Shown: one piece after another, positions 26,091 to 39,765 of the stretch
How positions within the stretch are numbered: position 1 is the first letter of the stretch
How the letters are laid out: each line of letters starts with the position of its first letter
Assembly: GCF_036321535.1 (NCBI RefSeq)
Contig: NC_087437.1
Span: forward strand, 73,224,001 to 73,288,000
Reading direction: 5' to 3'
Source of the DNA: Camelus dromedarius
Lineage: Eukaryota
DNA: 64,000 bases
Notes under the pieces: model-generated
What the model was told of the DNA's origin: nothing
Seen by the model: the letters and a program-made list of their open reading frames with translations, nothing else
The model's database searches: none
Translations under genes and position numbers: made by a program

Positions 26091-27919
26091 CTTTAATCCA
26101 CTGAAGGAAAAGAAAAGAAACAGGTGCACACCAGTGCTTCCAAATTTGAACTAAAAAGTAACAACAACAACAAAAACAGAAAAATAAAAATCTAAACAAT
26201 GGCCCGATCCAAAACTATGATTTCACCTTTGTATCCCAGTCTGAATCAACACTCACATCTAGAATGTCACTGATACCACATCTCTGGGATGGATGGTACA
26301 TCTTTTTGCTGATCAGTTGGGATTACAAGCTGTATGTGTCACTTATGTTGCATTTGATGGCACAACTAGAAGTGTCTTGCATATGTCAACAGATATCAGG
26401 GCAACCTACCAAGGGTCTAAACTGCTCCAGCTGCAAACTGGCAGCGCCTTGGGCTTTTGGCTCCTGACACTGTCAACAGTAAATCAGCCTTTCTCTGTGA
26501 ATTCCTGACTCAAGTGCTCACAGTATTTAATTAGTGTTTCAATTATCACTTAAATGTTTGCACATCAAGTTCAATAAAGATCAGACGGATGAATTTTTGA
26601 GACAGTGGCTGTGTCATCAATGATTTCCCCAGAGATCGCTTATTTGAAGGTTAACAATTCAAGCAGAGGGCCTTAAAAAGTTGTTAATTGGTGTAAAAAC
26701 TTTTTCAGCTGCAGAAACCTGCACTGTGATCAAGTGACTAGCTCCTTTGATCTTAATGAACTAAGATGTTTTTCACGCCTCACGGAGCTGGTTGGGCCCT
26801 ACACTGCAGTTACCAAGAGCACAGAGGTCATCTCCTTCTGAACAATTTTTCATATCAGCTAAATTGTAGTCGCCCTGCACATAATTAGCCATAGGATTAC
26901 CAGAACAACTGTATCGGCTGGAATGTTTTTAAAATCATGCAGATAATAAAATCTGAATGGAAATGATTTGGAGTGGAGAAGCCAGCTTTATCTCACTATC
27001 AGAAGATGAAAGACAGATGGAGGACACCTGTAATCAGATTGGCTGTTCATGTTACCTATTTTTTGCTTAAGGGGTAATAACACTGCTTATAATCAAAAGA
27101 AATGTGGGGGAGACAGAAGGGAGGGAGGAGAAGGGAAACTTAAACGGCATCCCTGTCCACAACACTTCATTAGAACTAAACTGTCTTTCCGTGCTATACA
27201 GACCAGGTGAGCACATGTCAAGACCTCAACCCACGCTGAGGGAGATACAGCTAGATCTTCATGTAATTCTGAGTTTCCTTGCCTACAGGCCTAAGCGGGG
27301 TTTTGGTTAGTTTTCAACTCGGGTTCAGTATGGAGAAGAGAATGTTTAATAATCCACTCAAAATGAGATAAAAGATTTCAAAAAGTGGGAAATCCCAGAA
27401 CGAAGGTAGGTTACCTAGAAATCCCTCAAAATGGAATCTCTTATATTTTTGCACAGCTTCAGGTCCCATCTTCTAAGTGTCCAACGATTAAGGAGGGAAA
27501 AGAAACCACATAATGTGTTTCAATCCCCCGTGAGTCATGTCTCCAAAACTAGGATTCACCCTTCTGTTACTAAGACATCTCAACATGTAATATTTTAGAA
27601 ATCTTTCCAGGACTCTTCTAGGACTTAACCACTCAGTTTGCGGTGGCGGTGGTGACTCTTTATTTCCCCAAAGAAATCTGCCTGGTCTCTAATGCTGGCT
27701 TTTCTCAGCCAGGGACCCATATTTTTAATCGTTTGTATCACGTTACCTCTTTAATACTCCATCCATCAGAAGACAGAATTGGACAGGATCTTGAAATTGG
27801 AAGCAACCTCGTGCATCATCAAGGCCAATTTCCTTATTTTGTACTACCACTAATGCTAAAAGTGGCTGGTTGAGTCTTCCAAGGCCAAATACTCTTTGGG
27901 GAAGCAATGACTGAGAGCT

Positions 27920-28145
27920 CCAGCTCTACGGAGTCCTATACTGGTTTAGATTCCAGCACCAGCACCTACGGATTGTGGGGCCCTGGGCAAGCTAGTTCAC
28001 CTTTCTGAGCCTCAGTTTTCACATCTGTTTAAACAGAAATAGGAACAGTATTCTCCTTTTAGAAATGTGAAAAGAATCAAATGAGATAACATATGAAAAG
28101 CAGCCCAATGTCTGACACGGTGAGCACTTGATAAATGGTGACTAT
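27920..28145 (+). mobile_element. MIR
   Basis: ctgggcaagctagttcacctttctgagcctcagttttcacatctgt core. Confidence 0.85.
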
Positions 28146-29149
28146 TGCAATTATTGACAGAACCCAGACTAGAACCAAAGTTTCTGACTTCCAGTCCAAA
28201 GTTCATTCCTTTTTATCACATTGGACAACTTTTTCGGTTGTTAGAGCTCTACCATCCAAATTCTAGTCCTTCTTGCTCTAGAAAGAAATATATTTCCTTT
28301 CCTCTGTATTGTATTTCCTTCACTCCCATGAAGAAGTGAGTTAAGAAATTATTATTCCTTCAAGATGGCTCTTTCCAAGCATCTCAATAGAAGCAAAATC
28401 AAGTGTGGGGTTACTTCCCTGAAGGAGACAAAACCACGCTTGTTATTTCTAGCTGCACTGCAGTAATGCGACATTGGTGTACCTTCCCCCTCTAACTTGT
28501 TGCCTGTTTTCTTCCTGACCACAGTTAGCCATAGTTGGTACCTCTGCCTCCAAGAGCATCTATTTCATAAATTAATTAAGCTCTCTGAAAAGGCAACCGA
28601 CACCCAGGGTACAGAAAGGTGTTACAAAATGAAGTGGCAAGGCCATTCTGCCTCCTCCTGAAAAAGCGACATTGCCATTCCAAAAGGTTATTCTTGGGAC
28701 CATTCATTTAGAAACTACAACCACACCTTCATAATAAAGAAGACAAAACAAAACACTAAGCCCACCACTATCCTTAATTACGTTGTCAGAAAGAATAGCT
28801 TCTGAAGTGTGTCAAGCATGAAAAGCTGTTAAGGTGGAACATTGTCAATTTTCGACCCTGGTTTATAGAAAATGAGTTTTCCTCTTCTGATCTGCGTCGC
28901 AGTGAGTAACCGCCACCTTTGACTCACCAACCATGCGCTGGTGGGAAGACAGTGCAGGGACCGTCGGCTGGCTCAGCTGTCACAAAGGCTTTCAGGGAAG
29001 CTCAGTGTTGTGTTACTGTGGAAAACACTGAGGGAGCCAGCTCACACCACTGTCAACGCTCGGAAATAAAGACAGAAATGATCTGAGAAAACCATACTCC
29101 CAATTCTGTCAACTTGGAAGGAAAAAATAGCATAAAACTCAAACTTCAA

Positions 29150-29750
29150 CTTTGAGATCTTTGTATCTTGGAATCTACCTGATTCCCCATTGAATGAGCT
29201 GGAAAATTATACCTCTGGAGGTTAAAGCAAAACCAAAAGAAACTTTAGAAGCCACGTTAGAATCCATGTGCCCTCTCACACCTTAGATTTCCCTGACATC
29301 TGCTCCCTTTTCTAGCTGGTTATCACATTCTGCTGCCTTCTTGTCCACATTTCTCAGAGCTGCCTGTTCCTCTCCTGGCTACCAAACATCATAGGCAAAA
29401 TTCTTCAACAGTCACATCTCAACTATTTCAATAGTCTCTTTGTTGGCCTTCTTTGCAACCACTGTCTTTATGACCCAAAGCATCTTGCATTTTGCCACAG
29501 GATTAATCTTCCCTGAGTCATAGTTTTCATCACATCTTGCCTGTTTGCAAAAACACAATGGTTCTTATTTCATGCAGGTATTCACATCCCTCCCATCTTT
29601 GAATACACACAGCCCCAGTCCCAGGGCACATTCATTTTACCATGTCTGGAATTTGCCTCCTTCCTTCTTCCAAGCTATTTGTTGCCCTGTTTTCTGATGC
29701 AAAATTACCTTTCTTCATCTTCCATCCAAATATTACGCTTTACTTCTTTG
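29150..29750 (+). mobile_element. L2 remnant
   Basis: atagtctctttgttggccttc...tgccacaggattaatcttcc L2 motifs. Confidence 0.55.
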
Positions 29751-30019
29751 GTGGGAAAGTGACTTCAGCCACTTCAATATCCACCACTTCATTTTTGACT
29801 TCAGCTACTTCTAAGGAATTTTTTCTCCTCTAAAAGTATTCCACTCCTTTACCCCTCTGTCTCTTGGTTGTTCTACCCCTGCTTCCTCTCCGGAATGTGC
29901 AAGTTCTCCCAAAGTTTCCTTTCCCCCACAACTTTGTTCCTAAGCACAACCAGCCTCCTGGAGTAGCATGAAACATGCACAGGAGTGGAATACGGGGAAA
30001 AGCACAGGAGAGAGATTTC

Positions 30020-31120
30020 AAAGAGACTTCTGTTTTCAGCAATATCGTTACATACACAGGAAACCTAAAAATTCTGGGCAATATGTAAAAAACTTGTTTT
30101 TTTAATGCATGGTTAAAATGTGGGAAAGTAAGAGATGTCCTTAGAGGTGAGAATAAAAAAGAAATTTCAAATCTAGAAATAGACTATCAGAATTTATCAT
30201 CTAGATATTAAAAATTAACATTTGTCTTTTTCCAATCCTGATGGATTATAACTTGGCTTTGGCAGACCATGAGGAGGCCACTTGAGGTGGGAATGCAGAT
30301 CGGGGACATCGGTATCAAGCAAGGCCCCTGCAAGTTTCTGTAGGTAAACTAGGGAAAAAACTGCCTCACAGAGAGAAGCGGTAGGATATTTATCCACCTT
30401 GGCCTTGGCTCTGGGAAAAGGGGAGAAGAGAAAATGATTCCTCTGAAATCTTAACCACAACTCTGCTGTCACACAAATTTAGGGCTAAAATGCACACTGA
30501 TTGTAGGACTCAAAAAAACCACATGCTGAAAATTTAGTCTAAAACAGGCATTGGCAAGCCATGGTCCATGACCAGATCCAGTCTGCCATCTGCTTTTGCA
30601 CAGTCCATGAGCTAAAGTGGCTTTTGCATGTTTGAATGGTTGAAAGAAAATCAAAAGAAGATAATATTTCACGATATATGAATATTATATAAAATTCAAA
30701 TTTCAGTCTCCAATAAAGTTTCACTGGAGCATAGTCATGCCCATTTGTCTGCACACTGACTATACATCCTTCCAGTCTACGACGGCAGAACTGAGTCATT
30801 GTCACAGGGACTACACAGCCCACAATGCCTAAAATATTTACCCTCTGGCCCCTGACAGCAAAAGTTTGCTGTCCCCTGGTTTAAAGTGATTTCAAGTTGG
30901 CAGAAGCAAACACTAATGCTCTCTGGTTAAGCAAACTTGAAACACAAACCTCAAGGGAAAGTTATAAGGAATACAAGCTCGCAATTGTTTTAGGAAAAGC
31001 AGTCACTGACATTCAAGGAATAAGGTCGCATGGGTGACAACAGAAATAACTAATTAGAGAATTCTACCTACAAAGTATGTAGATACCTAAATTATCAGAC
31101 ACAGAATATAAACTATGTTT
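30020..31120 (+). mobile_element. Ancient HAL1/L1ME-type 5' region, interrupted by MER58B
   Basis: gacttctgttttcagc start; ggcagaagcaaacactaatgctctctgg and aaattatcagacacagaatataaa motifs. Confidence 0.5.
30545..30878. mobile_element. MER58B hAT-Charlie MITE
   Basis: TIRs caggcattggcaagc / gtttgctgtcccctg; degenerate 8-bp TSD gtctaaaa/gtttaaag. Confidence 0.9.
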
Positions 31121-31589
31121 TCATCACATTTACCTATGTCCATCTGGGAGTCTCTGTCCAGTCATGTTTCTGTATGTATTTGTTTGTTTATTCATCTATT
31201 TTTTTACTTCCTGATTACTTTCTTTATAGAAGGTGATTGGTGGTAGTTCTTTTTTGTTTTCTACATACATTATAAATGCCATTCCATTTATAGAGCATGA
31301 TATTTAGGGCTTAATTTTAAACTTTGTTTAAAATAGATCCTGGGGGCACTTTAGCACCTAGGCACAAATCCATCACTGGCATTCCATCTACTCAGAATTC
31401 AACTGCCCATAAGAGAACTGGGAAACTGGTCTGCTGGAGCACTTACCACTGAGAAGTTTTAGAATCAGCAGTGACTCCTAACCAGGACAAGTTCACAACT
31501 TGTGATCACTGAATTGAGAAATCTTCTATACACTTGACCTTCAAATAGGTCAGCCACCTGCAGACACCAACCCATGCTAGCTGAGGCTG

Positions 31590-31910
31590 TGAGTCATGCT
31601 CTTTGCCCAGATCATTGAAGACTCACTCAACTCAAATGTCACCTTGTAAAGAGAGGCCTTCCTTAGCACTCCTTTTAAACAACCCCTACATACACATGTT
31701 GTTTTTCCACATTCTCCTATTTAATTGTCTTCAAGGTACTTCACATTACCCAAATATTACTTCAGATAGTCATTGTCTATCTCTCCCTTCTAGAATGTAG
31801 GTTACATAATAAAGGAATGCTTCTTTGTCACACACACATCACTCTTGTATACTTGTATCCCTAGGACCAAAAAAGTACCTGGCCTATGGGTATTCTTCAC
31901 ATTTGGCTAA
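31590..31910 (+). mobile_element. L2a 3' end
   Basis: ctcaactcaaatgtcaccttgtaaagagaggccttcc...tctagaatgtaggtt...gtacctggc. Confidence 0.75.
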
Positions 31911-32424
31911 TTAATGGTACCTTGCCTGAAAAGATGCATGCAGACAGATCCATCCTTTGCTTGAGACAGGAGAAATTATAGAGGTTTTTGTTTGTTTGTT
32001 TTTGTCTCTCTGTAAAAGCCAGTGACCTCTGGTTTACTTTCATCTCTGCCTAAGAATGCAGGATGGCTGTGTCACACCAGACTCCAGATTTCATTTATTT
32101 TCAGCACCAAAAACCCAGAGAGAAGAGTTTATAAGTTTGGGGGTTCAACTGCTCTTTAATAGTGAACTCTGTCCTTTAAACCTGCACTCTCTCCAGTCGG
32201 CTGGTCAGAGCAACAATTATGCGGCCACACCCTCAGCTAAAGAGACAAACGACAATGAGCTAACCCCCCTGCCTCTCCCACAGTCAGAGGGCCGAGCTCC
32301 TTTTCTCAGTGGGGTCAGCATTCACCAGAGTGCACCCCCGGAGAGTCTATCCTTGTTGGAATTAAACTGGTCTCAATCCTGGTGATTATTTCTCTGTCCT
32401 GGAGAATAAAGACACATATATATT

Positions 32425-32935
32425 TGTTATCCAATTACCACACAGTTACTATTGCTGTGTAACTATCTATTCCAAAATGTTGTTGCTTAAAACAACCTCC
32501 GTTTTATTACACACACAGATTAGTTAAGTACTGATGGGATGTCTTGCCTCTGTTCCACCAAGTCTGGCACCTCGTCTGAGAAGACTCACAGCCTAGGGGT
32601 GACTGGATGGCTGGGGCTGGAATCCTCTGGGGGGCGCCTTCACTCACTTAGCTGGTGCCTGGACTGCACTGATCTGTGGTCTGTCTATGCGACTTGACTT
32701 CCTCAGAGCACGGTGCCCTCAGGGTTGTCAGACTTCTTACACAGTGACTCAGGGCTCCAAAACAGAGCACTGCAGTGAACGTGGCAGAGCTGCCTCACCT
32801 CTCACGAGCCCAGCTCAGCAGCCACAGCATCACCACCCCTCACGCCAGTGGTCCAAGCAGGCCCTCCTTGTCCAGGGGAGGAGACACAGACCTGAGCTCT
32901 CAACGGAAGGGGTGCCAAAGAACTTGCAGCCAGTT
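32425..32935 (-). mobile_element. MLT1 (G/H-like) solo LTR
   Basis: ctattgctgtgtaac...ccaaaat..gcttaaaacaac; ggctggaatcctctgg. Confidence 0.75.
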
Positions 32936-33164
32936 GAAAAAAAAAAAAACAAAACTGCTACACTCTCTTTTCCTCTTAAACTTACTCCTCTCTCCACATA
33001 GCCCAGTGTATCTACCACTGAGGCTGAAAACTATTTCTCTCGCTAACAACCCATTTAAGTTTGGGTAACTCATCTTTTGTTACCTCACCTGCAGAATAAA
33101 AGGGTTGGACTTGACGATCTTTAGTTCTCCTCCTTTCAGCTTTTACCTTACATGCTTCTGCTGT

Positions 33165-33603
33165 TGCAGTGTGTTGAATAGTGTCATCCAAAAATTCACG
33201 TCCACCTGGAACCTCAGAAAATGACCTTTTTTGGAAATAGTGTCTTTGTAGATGCAGTTAGTTAAGAACCTCGTGATTAAATCATCCTAGATTTAGGGTG
33301 GGCTCAAACACAATGACAAGTGTCCTTATAAGGAGATAACCCAGAAGGATGCAGAGATGAAGGCCATGTGAAGATGGAGGCAGACTAGAGTTATGCTACC
33401 CCAAGCCAAGAAAGCCCTGGAGCCAGGAGAAACTGAAAGAAGCAAGGAAGGTGTCTGCCTCAGGGCCTTCAGAGGAGGCAAGTCCCGGCCGACACCTCGA
33501 TTTCAGACTTCTAGCCTCCAGAACTGCCTGAGAATAAATTTATGTTGTTTTTAGCCACCAAGTTGGTGGTAATTTCTTATGACAGCTCTAGGAAATGAAT
33601 ACA
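33165..33603 (+). mobile_element. MLT1C-like solo LTR
   Basis: tgcagtgtgttgaatagtgtc...ggccatgtgaagatggaggcaga...gacttctagcctccagaactg...aggaaatgaataca. Confidence 0.9.
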
Positions 33604-35227
33604 GTTACCTTCTTCCATCTCTTCCTCCCCGAAATCAAGCCTCATAGTTACCTCAGGTAAAAGCTCTTCCCTCCTCCCCACTCCCAACCTGCCCCACAGC
33701 AACGAGTGGCTCCGTGAGCACAGAACAAGATGTGAGTTTAAAGAGCAGAGGCGCTGGGGGTGGGGGGTACGCCGGTCATCTGAAGCCTTAGTGCCCGCAT
33801 GTCACCTCTGAACTGCTTTGTTGTGGTTGTTGTTGACCTTGGGCATGAGCAAAAAGTGAGGCTGAGGCTGAGGAGAAGTCCTAGTTGTGCAAGACACAGA
33901 CGTGCTCTAATGCAGGCTCCGGGCAGGGATGCAGGGAGCACAGGAAAATGTGTACGTTGTGTCCACTGTCAGTGCTACTCCTGGAGAAAAGAAACCCCGT
34001 ATGGCACAACTGCAAGCGAACGTTCAAGATCTGTGTTCTCAAGACACGGAAGGGAGAAAGGGTGGACTGTGCAGAATGATGAAGCCAAAGCAATGCAAGC
34101 GCTTTTCTTAAAAAAAAAGAAATTGTCTTCGAAGCTGGGAAAACAAGAAATAAAAAGAAATAAATTTAATGAGGGCATAAACAATCTACAAGTAAACCAT
34201 AAAAGTGCAAACAATTCGACTGTGCACATTTTGACTTCTGAGGACTTTGCAAGCTGCCGAAGGCTGTCCGCTTCTTCCCAGCTTAAAAGATGCTTTCATT
34301 CCTTCCTCTTGACTCTAATGCAGCTCTCTCCCCACCCCTACAACTGCTGAGTCCAGAAATGTGCAGCACGCTCACAGGAGGGCTCCCCTTCTCTCTCCCA
34401 TACCTCATTTAAATTTCTAATTCTCCAAAGACTGAAAAAAATAGATGCCTCTAGACAAGCTGAACTCAGAAAGTCAAAGTGAATAGCAATAAGGGGTTCA
34501 ATTACAGAGCACACACTCCCCTTATCTGGCTGACAAACATGCTCCTGTAATTTGAGTTCCTGCCCTCATTTTACTTTGAAAGTGATTAGAAGGCCTTAAC
34601 ATATTTTGAAAGAAAGTATCGTCCCTATATTCTTCACAGACCACAAGCTAAGCTAGCCTGCAAGAAGAAATTTTATTTCAAAGAAAGATTAGAGAGAGCC
34701 TTTTCAAATGCTATCAAAGCTGATGCTAAGATGTGAAAGGGACAGCTAATCAGATGTTTCGAATATAGAGCCTTGCATCATTAAGAGGGTATTTTTTTTT
34801 CATTTGTGGGCAAATCATTTTTGAGTAGACTGTGAGGAAAAAGAACGTATGTGATAAGGACATTAATTTTTACTTTACAAGGCAGAGGCTCACCAGGGGA
34901 GCATCAAATGAGCTGAGCTGTTTATCAAGGGTCTTCCAGTGAAAAGCAGCCCAGGAGGCCGGCGGGCACAGCAGGCAGGCCAGTGAGCACGGAGGCACTG
35001 CTCACAGCCCTTGTGGAAGCTGCAGAGATTAAACCTTTTTGTTCTTGCATTGTGGCCTGGTTGACTTTGCACCAGGTCGAAGCAATGATCTGTATAATTG
35101 CAAACCCTCCCCTATTACCAGAGCCTGTCACTTCAGAAAGCAATGCCTGGGCACCGAGCCAGGTTTTGGTTTCACCTTAGTTTTCAGGATACTCTATATT
35201 GATAAAAGGAAATATATTATGGTGCAT

Positions 35228-35370
35228 AAAGGGGGGAGGGGGGAGCAGGCAATGGGAGGGAGAGAGAGAAAGGGAGAGAGGGAGGAGGGAAAGGATGGGA
35301 CAGAAAACGATAGGGAAAGAGAACAAAAACTGGGAGAGGAGGTTGGGCAAGAAGGTGGTCTGTGAGGGGG
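35228..35370 (+). repeat. GA-rich polypurine low-complexity tract
   Basis: Directly visible. Confidence 0.7.
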
Positions 35371-37154
35371 TAAAATTGTTTTAAAAAACAGCATTATCTG
35401 TGTTTGCCCGTTTGAGAAAAAGCAGTATGTGGAGGTACAGCAGATGTCCTTCCAACCAAGAGGGAAAATGGCAAAAAAGACCACCACTGTCTCGGCATGC
35501 TCTGCTGTGCCTGTTCTGGATAACTGTCACCCTTGTTCTTAAGGTTTGCACTCAAAGAACAATTGTCATCCTAAATCACTCATCATTTATTATTTAAGTT
35601 AATAAGTAAGTGCACAGAAAACACTGCAGTGTGGGAAGGTACAATTCAAATTGTGATGGAGGCCGAGGACATGAGAGAATGACATGGTGGGATGTGATCA
35701 GAACTCCACTGAGTCATTCTGGGGGCTCATTTCTTCTGAGAAGTATTCATAAAAATCTCTAATAGAAAAAAAAAAATAGCCTATCGTTCCTAGAAACTCA
35801 AATCTTCTCATAGGCTGCTGCCATCCTTCCCCTTGAGAAACACTGATCCATCTTCCCCTTAATTTTTTTGTCCCAGGCTGTTAGTTGGTCCACAATGAAT
35901 GGCAGGAATAATCAGGTGATCAATACTGGTTAGTCTGTAGTAACAGGGAAAGTTTTCACAGTTACAGGCCTGGGGAAGAAGCAATAATACAATTGCCCTT
36001 CTCACTGGCAGGTGAGCCACTCAAGGAATGGCACACCAAATTTCGTTACATTCTTTCCTCTGCATCTTCACAAACACTTGAGTGGACAAGCTCTCCCCTC
36101 CGTATCCTCTGCAGAATCTCCTGGTGACCAGGTAACGTCTTCCACCCCTCAGTATCACAATTTTCTCTGTAATAGCTCCTTTCTGTTCTCAAAGTGCATT
36201 CACATATATTAGCTTACTTGGTCTTCTCACCATTCTGCTTTCTCTAGGTGAAGAAAGCCTCAGAAGAAATAAGTGGTTTGCTCAATATTGCATGCCAAGA
36301 AGGGATTTGGGACCAGAAATCCAGGTTTCTCAAATTATAGAAGAAACAGACCTGCCTAGCTACTCTGAAAACACCATTTTCGGCTGCATACTGGGCCTAA
36401 GTAAATAAATAAATAAGTTTTAATCTACAAAAGATAAGTAGGGAATGTAGTTGAAGGTAAATCTCCTGGCCCTAGGTAATAAAGCCAAATGAAGAAGAGC
36501 AGGTTAGGAATCATTAGCAGCAGAATCTCTATTTATGCTAAAACAAAACAAAACAAATCTTGGTGTCATTGTTTTTAAATTGATGGAGGGAATGAAAAAA
36601 GGAGACAGACCTTGTCTCACAACCTCCTAGCCTCACAAATGAAATTAATCAGTGCACACTTTGGTGGCTGAAATTACCTTAAGGCTAGGGACAATATATT
36701 AGTGTTTTCTAAGTTATGTCCATCGTAATTAAAGACGATTATGTGGTTATGCTTGATAAATGGGGAACAAAGCAATTATAGCTTTTATGTCCCCATTCCT
36801 ATGATCTATGAAAATTAGATAATTAATAGCTTTCTGCAAGAAAGAGCCTACCCCTCATTGGCACTTACTCCTACTCACCTAAGCAAACCCCCTCAGCATT
36901 ACTTAACTTTCTCCCCATCCACCTGAAACCACTGTTTCATGTATTCTCCTTCTGCTGTTGCAAACTGAAATATGCTTTTTCATCAGTACTTCAGTCAGCA
37001 CACCTACTACAATATTTATTGGGAATATATCATGTTAGGTACCAAGAGTACAACCGCGATCAAGGCATCGAAAGTAATCATTCCTACTATGAGTATGGAG
37101 AAGAATATACCTGTTTTTATTTAATAGCAAAATGGCTGACTTAAATCCAACCAT

Positions 37155-39703
37155 TTTATTTTTTACTGAAATATAGTTGATGTATAATATTGTTAAGTTC
37201 AGGTGTCCTAATAGTGATTTGACATTTGCATATGTTATGAAATGATCACCACGATAAATCTAGTAATCATCTGTCTCCATATAAAATTATTACAATATCA
37301 TTGACCAAATTCCATATATTTGTATATTACTGTATATATACTGTATAATATACAGATATATTCCATATATCTGTATATTACTTCCCTGGGTCTTTTTTAT
37401 TTTATAACCGAAGTTTGTATCTCTTAATCTCCCTCACCTGTTTCACCCCTTTCCCTCCCACCTTTGGCAACCACACTTTGTTCTCTGTATCTATGAACCT
37501 GCTTTAATTTTGTTTTGTTTGTTTCGTTTTTTAGATTCTACATATAAGTAAGATCATGCCCTTTATCTGTCTGACTTGTTTCATTTAGCATGATACCTTC
37601 TGGATCTATCCATGTTCTAACAAAAGGAAAGAATTATTTTTCTTTATCGCTGAGTAATATTAAATATTGCACATCGTCTTTTCCATTCATCTATCAATGG
37701 GTACTTACGCTGCTTCTATATGTTGGCTATTGGAAATAATGCTTCAATGAACATTGTTGTGCATGAATCCTTTAGAATTAGTGTTTTTGTTTTCTACAGG
37801 TAAATATCCATAGTGAAATTGCTGGGTTATGTAGCAGTCCAATTTTTAATTTTTTGAGGAACCTCCTTACCATTTTCCACAGTGGCTTCACCAATTTACA
37901 TTCCCAAGAACAGTGCATGGAAGCTTCCTTTTCTCTACATCCTTGCAAACACTCGTTATTTGTTGTCTTTTCCAAAATAGCCATTTTGATAAGTATGATG
38001 GAGCATCTTACTATGGTTTTCATTTGCATTTCCCTGATTATTAGCGATGTTGATACTCTTTTCCTGTGTCAGTGGGCTACCTGTATGTCATCTTTGGTAA
38101 AATGTCTATTCAGATCCTTTGCCCACTTTTAATTAGGTTGTATTTTTTTTCTTGATGTTGAGCTGTAGTTCTTTGTATTTTTTTGATATTAAACCCTTCT
38201 CAAATATATCATTTGCAATATCTTATCCCATTCATTAGGTGGCCTTTTCATTTTGTAGATAGTTTTCTTTGCTGTGCAAAAGCTTTTTAGTTTAATGTAG
38301 TCTCATTTGTTTATTTTTTGCTTTTGTTTCTCTTACCTTAGGAGATACATCTAAAAAAAAATATTACTAAGACCCATGTCAAAGACTGTAATGCCTGTGT
38401 TTTTCTTCTAGGAGTTTTATGGTTTCTGGTCTCACATTTAAGTTTATAATCCCTTTTATTTTTGAATATGGGTAAGGAAATGTTCTAATTTCATTTTTTT
38501 ACGTGTAGCTGTCCAGTTTTCCTAGCACCACTTACTGAGGAGACTGCTATTTCTCCACTGTATAATGTTGCCTCTTTTGTCTTAGATTAATTGACCATAA
38601 ATGTGTGGACTTATTTCTGGGCTCTCTATTCTTTTCCATTGATCTATGTGTCTGTTTTTGTTCTAGTATCATACTGCTTTGATTACTGCAGTCTGAAGTC
38701 AGGGAGTGTGATTCCTCCAGCTCTGTTCTTTCTCAAGATTGTTTTAGCTATTTGAGGTCTTTTGTGTTTCCATACCAATTTTAGAATTATTTGTTCTAGT
38801 TCTGTGAAATATGCCACTAGAATTTTGATAGAAATTACCTTGAATCTGTAGATTGCCTTGGGTAGCATGAACATTTTAATTAGTTCTTCTAATGCATGAG
38901 CATGGTACATCTTTTCATTTGTTTGTGCCATCTTCAATTTCTTTCATCAATGTCTTATACTTTTCGGAGTACTAGTCTTCCACCTCTTTGGTTGGATTTA
39001 TTCCTAGATACTTTATTCTTTTTGTTGCAATCGTAAATGTGATTTTTTTTCTTACTGATAGCTCATTACTAATGTATAGAAATGCAACATATTTCTATTT
39101 ATTAGTTTTCTACCCTGCAGGTTCAGTGAATTTGTAAGTTAGTTCTATAGTTTTTTGGTAGTGTCTTTAGAATTTTTTGTAGATAGTACCATGTCATCTG
39201 CAAATAGCAATAGTTTTACTTCTTCCTTTCCAATTTGGATTTCCTTTATTCTTTTCCTTATTTGATTGCTGTAACTAAGACTTCTAATACTATGTTGAAT
39301 AAAAGTGGTGATAGTGGGCATACTTGTCTTGTTCTTGATCTTAGAGGAAATGCTTTCAGCTTTTCACTACTGAGTATGATGCTCACTGTGGGTTTGTCAC
39401 ATATAACCTTTATTATGCTGAGGTATGCTTCCTCTATACCCACTTTGTTGAGAGTTTTTATCATAAATGGATGTTGAATTTTGTCAAGCTTTTTTGCATT
39501 TGTTGAGATAATCATTTTTCTTCTTCAAATTATTAATGTAGTGTATTACATTGACTGATTTGCAGATATTGAACCATCCTTGCATCTATGGGAAAAATTC
39601 TATTTGATCATGTTGTGTGACTCTTTTAACATATTGCTGAATTCAGTGTGCTAATATTTTGTTGAGGATTTTTGCTTTTATGTTTATTGGTGATACTGGC
39701 CTG

Positions 39704-39765
<62 letters not shown>

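Noticed and set aside
33799..34350. Longest non-repeat ORF (183 aa)
   Set aside because: No recognisable domain, runs through an A-tract, random-like composition, no supporting splice structure
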